Shown here: piece after piece, positions 48,469 through 62,603 of the stretch
Layout: each line of letters opens with the position of its first letter
How positions within the stretch are numbered: position 1 is the first letter of the stretch
From: Phoronis australis
Lineage: Eukaryota; Animalia; Phoronida
Assembly (NCBI GenBank): GCA_002633005.1
Contig: NMRA01000102.1
Coordinates: 197,515-261,514 of the forward strand
Length of the DNA: 64,000 bases
Direction of reading: 5' to 3'
Notes under the pieces: generated by a model
The model's database searches: none
What the model saw: the letters and a program-made list of their open reading frames with translations, nothing else
What the model was told of the DNA's origin: nothing
Program-made: the position numbers and the translations under genes

Positions 48469-50515
48469 ATTTTGTTTCCACATCTTGCCTCTCTCTGGTA
48501 AACACCAGAGAGAGATTGTTGTGATACTTCTAAGCTGCAGATGGCTCATCACTCATCATTAATCAATTAACTGCTTTGGTTTTCTACAGACTGGAGTCAA
48601 ACTTGCCTTCTGTTTATGTCTGTAAATGCTTTTGAGACCAGCACTTTTTTCTTCCTAAATTAAGCACGATCAAAAGAGATTAGGCATCTTAGACATGGCA
48701 TTTTTTTTCACACGGGTGTTGGTGGAATTCACTCATGAGATGCTACGAGGGTTGTCTGTTTCAGTCTTAAACCAGTCGGCCATTTTATGGTTCACAGTAT
48801 GGCCTTGTTTCCCACTCAATATGGCAGACACGTGAAATTTTATTTGGTCAAAAAAATAAATATTAACCCGTTCAACCCCATAGACCACTTTGTTGGTCTC
48901 TCGACATGCTGAACTCAACAGTAGATTTGATTGGTTGATTTTGAGAATTTCTATGTTTATGTCACAATTTTAAATATAGACTTGCCTTAGTCTCTGACAG
49001 CTTTTCCGATTCGTTTTGAGATGTGGTGTGAGTTATTAAAGAGGTTTTCTAAGAATTTTGATGACTCGGTGAAAACATGTCAGCTCATGCTGATTCAGAT
49101 GCAGACTTTTCAGATGACGAAATAGACAATAATTTGTATGCTTTTAACTTAATTAACACTTAGATGATCAAAGAATGGAATTTGACTGTGTCTGGCAAGA
49201 GTTTGTTGATGATGTGACAATGAAGTTGAATTTCATGGCTTTGAAACAGAGGTAAACTTTACAGGTCACGAATTTTGCAAATAAACACCAAGTGAACCTG
49301 AACAACTTCCGCAAATTTTTGTGGAGATGCTAGGCCAGTTAGGTACTTTGAAATTTTTAAATTTGAAGGTCCAAAAGAAGTGCGAGTCAAAACCAGAAGT
49401 AAATAAAGGTGAATGGTCGGACAAAACGGTCACCGATTTTAAGTTATTTGTGGCCTTCAAGTGTTGATGGAAGTCATGACATTTGATCGAGATCATCCCT
49501 ATTGGTTTGAAATCTGTTCTAATTGGTTGACTCGAACATGGCATGATGTTCAGAACTCAAGAACTGCTTGGGATAATAATAGGTGATGAAGTCATTTGAA
49601 ATTTACATTGAATTGACAAATTGGCAACCAAACACCTGCATTACAGGTGTTATTTATCATCTGAGAGAATAATATTTTTTAGTTTTGGTGAACTTGTTTA
49701 TAAATTTCATTCCATGCTCTACAGTGTATCACTCTTTGAAATCCAACTGTGAATGGATTGTCTATGGCATTTTGAAAACAAGCACCACCTAAATTCAGCC
49801 TATAGTCCCGGTTAGACGTCAACTTTTGGCCCGGCACAACTGACACGGAGTAAATTGATCGGTGTCAAGCGTCCGTTAACACACACAACTCACTAACTGT
49901 GGTAAGACGGAAATTTTAGGCTGGACAATGGATCACACATGCGCAGGTTTACAAATAAAGGGAGATGAAGGGATAGATAACCTGTAGTTAGGTCATTACA
50001 CAAGTGCAGTAGAGATGATCCTTTCCGCCTTGCCCCAGTTTCGCGTTTAGACACATAATTGATGAAGCAAGATGTTCTTGCGCAAATTGCTCTACCTCGC
50101 AAACGAGTGGCAAAAGTTGTCAGCGTGGTGTCAATTTGTTCCAGTTCAGTCCCGCTTACACACATACTTGCGCTGGAACAACTCGTTCCGTGTCAGCTGA
50201 TCCGTGTCAACTTGTAGTGTAAACGACACAGTTAGTTGGTGTTCTGGGACAAAATGGCTGATTGGTGGTGAAAGATTTCAGAAAATTTCAGTCTGTTGTT
50301 ACTTGGTTTGTAGTGTGTAGATGTCATAGATCAACATATATTAAAGTTTATATCATTTACTTAAAAGTAATTAGCCTTTGAAACATAGAAACATTACAAT
50401 ATTTGCAATTTTTTGTGCAAAATAACTTTTTATTAATGATCATTCTCCTTGCGACTACATTGTCTACACTCTGGCTTTGTATCAGTGTGTTTAAAAACAG
50501 ACTGCAGACAACCAT

Positions 50516-51730
50516 GAAATTTCGCCAAGTGTGTTGGTCTTCCATCAAGTTTTTTTACTTGGCGAGCAACATACTTGGCGAAATACAGGTTGCAATTTTC
50601 GTCCGATCATTACGAAATTTACGCATAACACGTAGTTCCGGAAGTACTGGAAGCCTATAGTTTTGCGTCATAATCGGATCCAAGATGGTGGCTGTGGTGG
50701 CCATTTTGTTTTCATTTTAAGATTCAATGGCTTCTGGAGGCCACAATTTTTTACGTACAGGGTTGAAGCTCGGCACAATTATTGGACTCGATGTGTGCTA
50801 CATACATACCGGAAATTGTCTACTTCCGGTAAAAGATAGCGGAAATATCGGCGATCGCGCATGCGCACCTCGATTTTGGCCTAAAAACGTTTTCTCCTGT
50901 AGAGGACGCAATATAGGGCCAGTTCCTTCGAATTTTTGCAGGGATTAGTTTCTTATGACATGCTATTATACAGAGCCAAAAAACCGGAAGTTGCTTTCAA
51001 GATGGCGGATATGGCACATGTTGACCCATTTTCAGTCGTGCTGGAGTGCCATTTTAAACGGGAATAGAAAAAGAGTTGATTTTTGCATGTGGATTCTCTG
51101 ACGTATACTATTTCAAAAGATCTGTAACAATTTTTCTCTCAGACGTATCGTTTTTGAGTTATTTGACTTTGAATTTCAAAAAAAAAACGCAAAATTTCAT
51201 TTTTTTCGAAAAATTTTCAGAATTGTGTGATACAATCAATTTAGATAGAGTTTTGAACGGGCTTTCAGAAGATATTTTTCATTTTCCGCTACAACGTCTA
51301 CTTTTCGAATTATTCGAGATTTTCTGATAGCGCTGTTCCTTTGTTGAACGCTCTTACTGCATTGATGTTGGTTAAGCTTCAATTGAACAAGACTGTAGCC
51401 TATTTCTTACTGATTTATGACATCTAAGTTCGTCATATGATTGTCATGATGTTTGTTCATCATCGCCCCCACCATCATCATATTCGTCATCTTCGTCATT
51501 ATCTTCGTCATCTCCGTCGTTGTCTTTTCAGTTAATTTCGCCAAGTGTTGCTCAAGACTAGCCTATTTCTTACTGATTTCGGACTTCTACGTTCGTCGTG
51601 TGTATGTTATTATTACTGCTATTGTTCATCCTCGCCACCATCGTCGTCATATTCGTTATCTTCGTCATCATCTTTATCGTCATCTTTTTGGTTAATTTCG
51701 CCAAGTGTCGCTCCTCGGAGCGCTTTCATT
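50516..51730 (+). mobile_element. HINE family B, second copy
   Basis: Colinear with 47273..48468, same 3' subTIR and hairpin. Confidence 0.75.
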
Positions 51731-52565
51731 TTTTTGGCTGTCTCCTTGATGGGTTTGCATGAAATTTAGCAAATAAGTTTCCATTTAAGAAACGATGACG
51801 CCTTGCTGTTTTCGTATGGATTTGGCATATTCTGACTAGCTGGTGGCAAAAAAAATTTAGTACGCCTCCGTATATGCCAAAGTAGGCAAAGGATGACTAT
51901 GAAAATTTGCAGATGTGTTCCCGATGAGAAAACAATGACTGGCATTGGTTTTTGGACGGATTCGACTTCTGTGGCAACTCAAGTGACAATTTTTTTGCGC
52001 TCATGACTTTATCTCCTAAACCTTTTGGGTGATATTTGTGAAATTTAGCATATTTGTTGCTATGGAGATGATAAGGAATGTCAAGAAGTTTCGGACCAAT
52101 GTGGCTGCAGGTGTGCCTTTAGTGGCAGTTTTAGTATTTTTATGTTTGCCTCTTTACCTTTAGATGGATTTTTCTGAAATTTTGAAAATAGGTTTGTATT
52201 AAGGGACAATTATACCTTTTAATTGTCAGACAGATTCAATATATTTTGCACCACTTACTGGCCATTTCTAAGATTTTGATTTCGTTTTTTAGCATTTGTC
52301 TCTTTATCTGCCAAACTGCTCAAAGGATGGTTATGAATCATAGCAGTTGTGTTCCTTATGAGAAGACGATGGTTGATGTTGATTTTTGGACAGGTCTGTT
52401 ACCTGTGGCATACCCTTGTGGTGATTTTATAGTTTTTGCGAACATGGCTGCTCTTGATTCCTTTGTATGATGTATGACAACTTTTGCAGGTGTTTGTGAC
52501 AGTGGCTGCCCAAGGCTTTTCATGGCTCTGACTACTGCTATGACCCCCAGTAGCAATTTTATTTT

Positions 52566-53636
52566 TTATGCGCCCACATATTTATATGTGGACGCATTAT
52601 GCCGTCATCTCTGTCCGTCCGTCCGTCCGTCCGGCGTCTGGCGTCCGGCGTCCGCGGCTCTATCTCCAAAACCCTTTGACATACGTTCATGAAATTTGGC
52701 ACATATGTTCCATTCATGAATGGGACAGCATGTGCGAACTTTCGGACGGATCCGACTACCGGTGTGCCCCCTAGTGGCAATTTTAGTTTTTTACGCTTAC
52801 CTTTGTATCTTCAAAAGTATTGAACGGATTTTCATGAAATTTGGTATGTAGGCACCTATTAGTGAGATGACGCTATCCTACTGTTTTCAGATGGATTCGA
52901 CGTAGTTTGCGCCACCTAGTGGCCATTTTTACTGTTTTCGAGTCTGTATTTTTGCGTCCACCCCTCTATCAACCAAACCGCTCAAAGGATGATTGTGAAA
53001 ATTGGCGTGTATGTGCTTACTATAAGGAAGACAGCTGACAATGATTTTCAGACGATTTGGACTACTGTGGCGCCTCCTAGTGGCAGTTTTGTTTTTTTGC
53101 GCCCATGGCTGTATCTCCCAAACCGTTCGCAGGATCTTTACTAAATTTAGCAAGTGTATTTATGTGATGTTGACAACGGACGATGACGACTTTAGGATGA
53201 TTCTGATTACCGGTATGCCTCTAGTGGCAATTTTAGTATTTGCCTCTAGTGGCAATTTTAGTATTTTACATTGACCTCTGTATTTTCATAGGTCTTCAGG
53301 TGTATACTTTGTGTTACTTCGTGACTGTGAAGGAAAAGTTCCAAGTAGAAATTTGTTTCTGGCATTCTAATGCTGTGCTAATCTCGTATGTTGGTAAATT
53401 TGTTTTTAATTCTATGTTTCTGTGGTGCTTTAAGCAACTGGTGTATAGGATGTGCTTGTATTATGAAGATTACTCACATTTTGCCCCTAGCCTATTGAGG
53501 AGACAAGGACCATGCCTTTCCATTTTGCGAAGTATGCCCTCTACTGGCCACTTTATGGTACCAATGAACAACCCTAGAAGGATACCGTATGCGGTGCAAT
53601 TGTGGGCGCATTTCAACGCTCCGCGTTGCTCTTGTT
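52566..53636 (+). mobile_element. HINE family A, complete young copy nested in an older related repeat (~51740-54200)
   Basis: DINE-1-like architecture: T-run, subTIR tgcgcccaca, IR tgtggacgca, (GTCC)n, core, then 3' subTIR tgtgggcgca, hairpin caacgc-tcc-gcgttg and ctcttgtt. Confidence 0.8.
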
Positions 53637-54212
53637 ATCTTTGCCACTATCTCTTCCGAGTTCCTTAATGTTTTTTTGCGATATTTGGAAATGAGTTTCT
53701 ATTATGAATGTAACAGCATGTTTCCAATTTGCGATAGATTCGACGTATTTTGCGCGACCTGGTTGCCATCTCAATTATTTTTAGTCTGTTTTGCCGTTTG
53801 CTTCTGTATCGGTCAAACTGCTCAGAGGACTGTTATGAAAATTGTGGGATTTGTTCTTACAAACATGAACACTACTGGTTTGAATATTCAGATGAGCCTA
53901 ATGTAACTGTGGTGCTCCCTACTGACATTATTTTTACTTCTGCAACTGCTATATCTACTAAACCTCTTGTGAGATCTTAATTTGTAAAATCTGTTGCTAT
54001 TACCTTGACATCAGATGGATAGATTCGACTACTGCTACGGTATGCCTTATAATGGCAGTTTTTTATGTCTGCCTCTGTAAATTTGGAGTTCCTTGGTGGA
54101 TTTTCATCAGTTTGTTAAACAGTTTTGTAATGGAGGGACGATGATGCTTTCCCAATTTTGGACTGTTTTGACATTCTGCGCCATCTATAAGCCATTTGTA
54201 TTGTACGAAAAA

Positions 54213-54519
54213 CAGTGGTGGATCTAAGATACCATTAGGGGGGCCCAACATTTTGGGGAAATTGAGCAAAGCACAATTAGATACACCCACTCAGCCTGAA
54301 GACAGCGAGTGTCTGAACTTTGTACTGCAAAAATAAACGGAGGTCTATAAAAAAACGAAAGCGGTTCCGCAGCCCGTTGGGACGGGACGCTTAAAATGAG
54401 GTGTGAGAAGCATATTGCTTGTCAGGGTTAATTGTCAATTCCTTAAACTCTTGCTGTTTTATTTTTTTGCGGCAGCCAAGGGGAGGGGAGGCCCCCTGGG
54501 CCCCCTAAATCCGCCTATG
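54213..54519. mobile_element. hAT-like MITE
   Basis: cagtggtggatcta ... taaatccgcctatg flanked by aaaaa. The right end is shared with ~40127-40197. Confidence 0.6.
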
Positions 54520-56467
54520 AAAAACACCATTAGAAGCACACCTTTTGCGTTGCAGCCATGGGCAACGTTCGGCGTTGCTCTTTTATAGTTAGGGAAAATG
54601 TTGAAGTGTTACAGTGTGCAATAAACACTCAAATTTGAAGTTAGTATACCCACCATGTCGTGTCCTTGATTACTGGAATACATTAAATATTTTTGAACCT
54701 GTCCAAAATATTAGAAATAGGCAATTATGGCCATCTAAAAATTCAAGAAATATAAGAAAGTTGGCAAAATCGATGGTGTCCGAAATCTTAGAATTTATGC
54801 GGTCGGCTGGCGACAATGTTTCAATTTGCTATTTGATCGTTTGAACTGCCGCGCTAATTTGTGATCATTATTGCTAACAAGAAATCCACACGATGTCCTC
54901 AAAAACATTAACAGCGATGTTACTGACTCTGAACATAATCAACTTACCGAACTTTGTGATAGGAAAAATATACAAATGTCGAACATAATCAACTTACCAA
55001 ACTTTGTGATAGGAAAAATATACAAATGTCGTGTGACACGCCTTGACTGACTATTTGCAATGTCCATTGGTGCTCAACGTCTTCACGTTAAACTGTTCAC
55101 AAACCAAACACATATGACGCGACTGCAGTATATGTAACCCTGCATTGTTTCTGGGGCAGTCCATGTGACATACTTATGAGTCACCTGTCACTCAAACAGA
55201 CCACCGAAACAGCATTCCCTCCAATGAGATACATGTAAATAAGGTCCCCGCAGTCTTAGCTCGATTAGGTATTGGGGCTTTTGTTTGACAATTACGGTAT
55301 AGAAGTGTTGCTTTATGTGTGCCCAGGTTTAATTTTACAAATCACATTCCATGGCTCAAATGACCCATGAAAGGGACTGGGAATGGCTGGAAACGGAGCA
55401 ACTTTGACTAAAGATTAATAGATTCACACTCTGTTTTAGATGGCTTCAAAATTTTTAATCTTGGGGTGCGAGAGCCCAAACATTTCGTATAGAATACAAA
55501 ATAGGCTAGTAAATAGAATGTCAGTAGGGAGACATAAAGATACCGTACTCGTCCAGGTTACTGCCCAGGGATCTTACATTGGAAATCTAAAAAACGGTGT
55601 GGGCGGTAAGCCGAGCATGGGTGGTAACCTGGATGAGTACGCTATATACAACATGAACATTTTTAACGTATACTTTACTACAAACTAGGACATTAATTTT
55701 TGCTTTTCACAAAGTCTGTTTTAACGTGATACTGAACAACATCGTTTCGCCAATTCGGGTGCATGACATAGGGGGCGCAAAGAGGAAGGTAAGAGTGGGA
55801 CACAGGTTCGCAGAAAAAAATGGAAGCTGTGAACCTGAGATTCGACTTGGTAACACAACGGTCTCATCACCAGTGCTTAGCTGTTAATCCAAATACAAAG
55901 TGTGACACTGTGACGATTACCCAAATGTCGGAGAACATACATTTCATGTGCATTGTGAAACCGCGATCAAGCGTGGCAGAAACTATCCACATTGATAACT
56001 ATAGACTGCGACATCAGTCAATACATTACACTGGTGCTATAAATAATCACCGATCATGCGAAAAAGCACACTGTCCGAAATGTGGCCAATGTCGTAAAAT
56101 CGATGTGTCCGAAATTTGAGAAATATGGTGAATGCCGAATTTGTCCTTGTCTCAAATTTCAGAATAAAAAAATTCAGTTTGGGGTTGGGTTTAGGTGTGT
56201 AAAATTCGGGAGACTGTCCTAAATTTGGGAATTTTTATAGTAACGGCATTTTGGAGATCAATGCATAAAACAAATTATCTGAAAATTTCAAATGAATCTG
56301 ATCAGCCATGTGTAAGATGTGATGTTCCAAAGTTTGCCAGATTTGAATGTTTTTCTTTAGTTTTACATAACCTTAACCAACAATGAGCTGTACTTGACCC
56401 CTTAAGTCTGTGTGCCTTTTTGTGGAATTCAACAAGTTTATGCAAAAGTAGTAAACTGAGAACCATT

Positions 56468-56802
56468 AGTAGCACTTTATTGTAGGGAATTCCTCATTCC
56501 ACTTTATTGTAGGGAATTCCTCATAGCACTTTATTGTAGGGAATTCCTCATAGCACTTTATTGTAGGGAATTCCTCATTCCACTTTATTGTAGGGAATTC
56601 CTCATTCCACTTTATTGTAGGGAATTCCTCATTCCACTTTATTGTAGGGAATTCCTCATAGCACTTTATTGTAGGGAATTCCTCATTCCACTTTATTGTA
56701 GGGAATTCCTCATTCCACTTTATTGTAGGGAATTCCTCATTCCACTTTATTGTAGGGAATTCCTCATTCCACTTTATTGTAGGGAATTCCTCATTCCACT
56801 TT
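56468..56802. repeat. 27-bp minisatellite, ~12 copies
   Basis: Unit cactttattgtagggaattcctcattc, with a variant ending -atag. Confidence 0.95.
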
Positions 56803-56988
56803 GATAGTGACAGATTGTAGTTGTGAGGAGGATGTTTTACCTTCATTGGTGAAACTATGCTGGTAGAATAATTGATGCATAATCAATGTTGGCCGAGTTT
56901 GCTCTAATCAGTACTCATTCAAATGACTGACATTTATTAATTCTCTGTAAAATCTGTCTTTTTGTTCACGTGCTGTGGTGTTTTGTAG

Positions 56989-57135
56989 AAATCTCACAAT
57001 TCTAAGAAGCTGACGACAGGAAAGCTCCAACGTGTCTCTGACATGTCTGACATGGAGGGGTTCAAGAGGAATCGTCTGCAGCCGCTGTTGAAAGTGCGCG
57101 TCTCTGGAACTGAGGCCAACCGGGAAGTGCAAGAG
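56989..57135 (+). CDS. QPCT: Glutaminyl-peptide cyclotransferase exon
   Basis: ttttgtag| KSHNSKKLTTGKLQRVSDMSDMEGFKRNRLQPLLKVRVSGTEANREVQE |gtaact. 147 nt, LQPLL..R..G motif of animal QC. Confidence 0.88.
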
Positions 57136-57611
57136 GTAACTGTTGGTTAATTCTGTAGAACATTTAAGAATGCAGTGCTCCACCACTTTTTTGGAATCCT
57201 GAGTTCTTGAAAATTGAACTGTCATGCCTTATTTGTTTGTGCTTCATTGAGTCTAGAAGATGATTTAAGTTGCCTTACAGAAATATGATATCCACCTGAT
57301 CAGAGAAATTGTTATATTTTATGTGTGTGATTCTCCCATATTTTAAACCACTTTTTATCAAATTCTCTCTGTGTGTTCTCCGTCATTTAATCCGTTTATT
57401 TGCTTAAAATGAAACTTCTTGTTTTGAATGAAGTGCTCGGTCTCTCCAAGTTCGTTCACTCTGAGGGATTTTGACAAAAGAGTTAAAGCTGAGTGGGAAC
57501 AGAATAAGTTTTAAAAATACTTGTTACTCTATGTGTAAGAACTCCATGTTTCTAGCCCCAACCCAGTGATAAGACGACCATGGATGTTCTGAGAACATGT
57601 TTGGTGTTGTA

Positions 57612-57866
57612 GGGTCCTAGTGGTTACACATCTGTGCTATATAGGGCCCTAGTGGTTACACATCTGTGCTATATAGGACCCTAGTCGTTATACGTCTGTG
57701 CTATATCGGGCCCTAGTGGTTACACATCTGTGCTATATAGGACCCTAGTCGTTACACATCTGTGCTATATAGGACCCTAGTCGTTACACATCTGTGCTAT
57801 ATAGGGCCCTAGTCGTTACACATCTGTGCTATATAGGACCCTAGTCGTTACACATCTGTGCTATAT
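57612..57866. repeat. 32-bp minisatellite, ~8 copies
   Basis: Unit ccctagtcgttacacatctgtgctatatagga. Confidence 0.92.
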
Positions 57867-58364
57867 CTGATCTTCATCTTTATTTTAGTAAGTTAACAAA
57901 GTAATGGATGAGTTTTTGGTGTCATTTGTGGTTATTCCATCTTTCATTTATCTGTTTTATTTCTCTGTCACTGTACTTTTCGCCGTCTTCTGTTGTTATC
58001 CTAAAAAAATAATTGATATTTTTGACCCACGGAAGCTGTGATCAGTATAACTTTAAAATGCTTTGTATGTAAATCAGCTATGTCACCAAGTTCGTACAAA
58101 AACATTGGTAAGGATTCTATGTTTTTTCATTTATCAAAAGCTTGAGTTGATACAAATGCCCACAATTTTCTTCAAAATACTGTCTTGTGGTAGGAGTGGT
58201 ACAGAGGTTGAAAACGATAATGTGTCTCTTTGATATGACTGTTTCTTCTTAAAAAAGTGATCCTATATGATCTACTTGTGTGCCATTTTATGACCTAAAT
58301 TGGTGAAATTAGTGAATCATTTTCATGATTTAGTTTGTATATTGTTAGACACTTTTAATTTCAG

Positions 58365-58637
58365 TTTCTCAAATTGTTCATGCAAAATCTTGGTTGGACT
58401 ATTGAGGAGGATCGGTTCAATGACACAACACCCTTGGGTGTGCGTGAGTTCAATAATATCATCGCCACTCAAGATCCCAGCGCCATGAGGCAGCTTGTAA
58501 TTGCTTGCCATTTTGACTCAAAGTACTTCAAAAAGATCACCTTCATTGGAGCAATAGACTCTGCCGTGCCATGTGCTATGATGTTAGACGCAGCCTATTT
58601 ACTTAATAACAGTCTTTGGGAGGAGAAAAGTCGGATG
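58365..58637 (+). CDS. QPCT: Glutaminyl-peptide cyclotransferase exon (M28 fold, first Zn ligand); later exons not seen in the window
   Basis: tttcag| FLKLFMQNLGWTIEEDRFNDTTPLG..FNNIIATQDP..QLVIACHFDSKYF..FIGAIDSAVPCAMML.. |gtgagt. QPCT versus QPCTL cannot be resolved here. Confidence 0.93.
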
Positions 58638-60067
58638 GTGAGTGCATAATAATTCTTTGATTTAGAACACTATGTGATTAGAAAAGGCAAGTTGCCTTTC
58701 ATCTTCTCTGTCATTAGAAAACCAAGCCATTCAATGGTATTATATCTTGTAGTTGGACATTGCTTCTCCACATCAACTGGGAAACCCTTTGTCACCATCC
58801 ATCCTAGATGTCACAAAAGTTGACCCAGACTCATATTGTGTTGTACAAGGCAATTATTGCCATAAAATAATGACTGAAATAGATTGAAATCTCAAGGACA
58901 GAAACGGGTAATTTTTAACTTGTTTGGCTTCTGAAATATGATTAGTGCGGAATCATTCTTTCGTGGAAGAGATACCATAAAATTGGCCAAAACGCTGCGA
59001 TGGGCTTATATTTGTTGACAACAGTTTTGAGTCAATTCTTGTTTCCGTTAATGTATTCATTTAGCATGGTAGATTATTGGCGTTTGGATCTTGACATTGA
59101 GCAAAAGACTGAGCTTGGCAGACAACTTTTCTCGGAACAGCATATGGACGATTAATTGCAGAATCTTGCTGTGACGTTGATTATCCATTACATTGATATG
59201 AAGAAGACAGTGATTAGAAATTGCATTTTTCATAGTATATTGTACTTCATCAACAGATTTATACAAGAACTGCTGATGTCGTCAGTTGTCCTTATCACAA
59301 GCATTGATCTATGTTGTTTTGTGTTGAGCAGGGCAACTACCATACTGTGCAGCAATGAAATACTGGCGTAATTGATATCAAGATAGTATAATGAAACTTG
59401 TGATTTTTAACCGTTTGTGTCTGAAATTGAATTTTCTAGGAAAAGTTTGGTCAGGATCATTTTCTGCAAAGAAATGTAATAACAAATAGTTAAAAACATG
59501 TAACTGAAATCGCTTTGTTAAACAGTATTTCTATCACTATGGAAACATTTAACAATGGGTGCCTGGATTTATAAACCGGTGTCAATGTCGTATGGAGTTG
59601 AAACTAAAGGAGATGCTTATATTGACTGATGAACTATTATTACCGAACTTCTAACAGGTGGTAATGGCGTCATTTAGAATGCCAAGTTAAGTTTACTTAT
59701 AAGTGTGATATTTCTGCATTGTATGCGAGTCTTGTAAAATATTTCAGGGTGGTGATTCCTTCAAACAGGGCCCTCCCGAATTATGCAGTGACACTCGAAT
59801 CTTGCTGTATTTACCCGCAATGCTTTAAACATCCGTCAGGCACGTTTGCTGCCTCGTTTTCATGACATTGGAGTTTCACATATTATTTGTTGTCTGATTC
59901 TTTACTACTGTGCTGTGGGTTGCAACTGCAATGTGAGAAAGTTTGATAAAGGGGAAAATAGCTTTGTATGTGTGATCTGAACTTCTTCGCCTTCCTGAGA
60001 TCAATGAGAGACAGGAAAATGTGTCTAAAATGAGGTCACATGCTGTCTTATCTCTGGAACAAACAAT

Positions 60068-60228
60068 TCTATCACTGTTTAATCCAGGACAGCTCTATCA
60101 CTGTTTAATCCAGGACAGCTCTATCACTGTTTAATCCAGGACAGCTCTATCACTGTTTAATCCATGACAGCTCTATCACTGTTTAATCCAGGACAGCTCT
60201 ATCACTGTTTAATCCAGGACAGCTCTAT
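60068..60228. repeat. 26-bp minisatellite, ~6 copies
   Basis: Unit ctatcactgtttaatccaggacagct. Confidence 0.92.
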
Positions 60229-60621
60229 TGAAAAGGATGAACTATGAGGACAATTTTGAGTAGAAATTTGACAAGTCAAGCAAAAAATAACTAATTTAAA
60301 AGTGATTGCGAAATGCAATTATACAAACCCAGCTCCTCATTTGGTTGAGCAGGGATTAAACTGTAATGTATTTGAAACCTAAAATATTTGAACCACTTTG
60401 GAGGACCCAGCTGACCTGTTTTGCGCGTTAAAAATATTATGTGATGTGACCCCACCATGATGTCGGTCGAACCCAAAGCCGCGGAGTGAAAAATATATCT
60501 ATTTTGTATTCTCACTTATGAAGCACATTTAATTAATTCTAAATTAAAATAATTAGATATTAATAAACATGGTAATTGTTTGTGCACGTTCATTATAAAA
60601 GAGCATGACTTTCAACACTAA

Positions 60622-60795
60622 GTGTCATATTGTCAACAACGGTTAGGGCAATGCAGAAATCCCAGTGTCATGTTGTCAACAACAGTTAGGGCAATGCAGG
60701 AATCCCAGCATCATGTTGTCAACAACAGTTAGGGCAATACAGGAATCCCAGTGTCGTGTTGTCAACAATAGTTAGGGCAATGCAGGAATCCCAGT
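60622..60795. repeat. ~43-bp minisatellite, ~4 copies
   Basis: Unit cccagtgtcatgttgtcaacaacagttagggcaatgcaggaat. Confidence 0.88.
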
Positions 60796-61345
60796 CCCCA
60801 TCATGCTTTCATTTCCTGCTTGATTGCAACAGTGGAACTTGAAATTCACTTGGGAATTATCTGAAGATGATAATTATATTTAGGTGGCATAAAACATTTG
60901 CAGTCGCAAATTATTGCAATTTCACTGTTTGTTTTTGTAGTCAAATCAAACAAATCAAACCAAAATACTTCCACTAAGAGACCCCTCAAAAAATAAAAAC
61001 TGCACTCTCATTGATGGTTTCGAGAACTGTTTTTGCTACCTAAATTTTGCTTGGTTTCGAATGTCAACATGGAACATTTTGGAGGTGGTTGAAATTATTG
61101 ACCTGGGAATTTTCCGGTATTAAAGCTTTTATTTTTCCCAAGTTACAGAATTTTTACTATTTTCATGGGGAAATTTTCCCAACGTTTTTTGACAAGACCA
61201 GTGGTATGTGCTTGAGTACAGTGATACACTTGTGGTGTCTATTTTTTTAATGTTTATTACGAAATCTTCAGAATACAATGAATATACATAACCCAGAAAG
61301 CGCCAAGAGGCATTAGATCTGTGGTGTCTATTCACAGATAGCATT

Positions 61346-62603
61346 TTATTACTCTGCGCATGTAAGCGCAGAGTACTGTTGTTTCTGGGTTTTCTTCAAT
61401 TTTATTCTTCTTATTCTTCTTATTCTTATTCTTCTTCCGACCAACTTTGAGGCTTAATAACTCCAAATTGGGTGTAGGTACGGTCTGTAAATTCAGCATA
61501 TGACTTTTGACAGTATATAAATTTTGATTGGTTATATAATCATATTCCATATTGCACCGGAAGAGGTCGTTTGGTGCAAAGGTCATATAATTTTCAAAAT
61601 ACTACTCCTCCTTCAGTTTTAAAGCTATCTTTTTCAAATTCGGTGCGCAGGTATAAGTCAACATGACAATTTAAAAAATTACTTTTCTAAGTAATCGGGT
61701 CATCCAATCAGGTGAAAGAGGTCAAAGGTCATTAGGTGCAAACTAAAATTTTGAGCTAGACACTTCAAATTGACATGTCTGATTGCCACAGGTAATTCAA
61801 TTCGGAATCCTATGTTTCAGGTCATTTAGTGCAACATGGGGTCATTAAGTGCATTTTTCTTCTGAAAATTCGACCTTTTCAATCAGCAAGTATTCTGATG
61901 TGTCAACCGTTAGACAACTGTAATTCTCAGTGTTAAACACATTTTCCATGGGCTTTGCAATAATTCTCCTAAAGATGCTTAAAATGCACCGGATAAGGTC
62001 AATTAGTGCAAAGGTCATGTAACGTTCAAAATGTTATATCTCTTACGTTTTTCAAGGAATTCTTTTCAATTTCAGCACACTGGTGTAAGTCAACATGCCA
62101 ATTGAATACCCTACTTTACTTCGCAATAGGCCTAACCAATCAGAAAAAATAGGTCAAAGGTCATTGAGTGCAAACTAAAATTTTGAGCTAGAGACTTCAG
62201 AATTACGTATCTGTTTACTTAGTGTGATTGAGTTTGAATTCTAAATTTTCAGGTCATTTGGTGCACCCATGGGGTCATTAGGTGCATTTTTCTTCTGAAA
62301 GTTTGACCACTTCATTCATCTTGTATTCTGAAGTGCTTAAAGTAAAACATCTGTGATTATTAGCATTAACCACACTTTTAATCGAGTTAACAATTACTAC
62401 CTCATCGGGGCTCATAATGCACCGGAAGAGGTCAATTAGTGGAAAGGTCATCAAAAAATTAATATGTAATTTCTCCTACAATTTTACAGAATTCCTTTTC
62501 AAATTGGTAAACGGGTTGCTGTCAGTAACTTCCCATAATAATTCCAGTAATACGCACGCGCAGAGTCCGTTATTGTCACGCCGTGACAATAATCTTTCTA
62601 GTT
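61346..62603 (+). mobile_element. HINE family C
   Basis: 5' subTIR actctgcgc, IR gcgcagagt and (TTCTTA/TTC)n; internal ~400-bp duplication; 3' gcgcagagt, hairpin ttattgtcacg-c-cgtgacaataa and ctagtt. Confidence 0.75.

Noticed and set aside
56466-56846. 126-aa repetitive ORF (KWNEEFPTI)n
   Set aside because: By-product of a 27-bp minisatellite (a multiple of 3), antisense within a QC intron.
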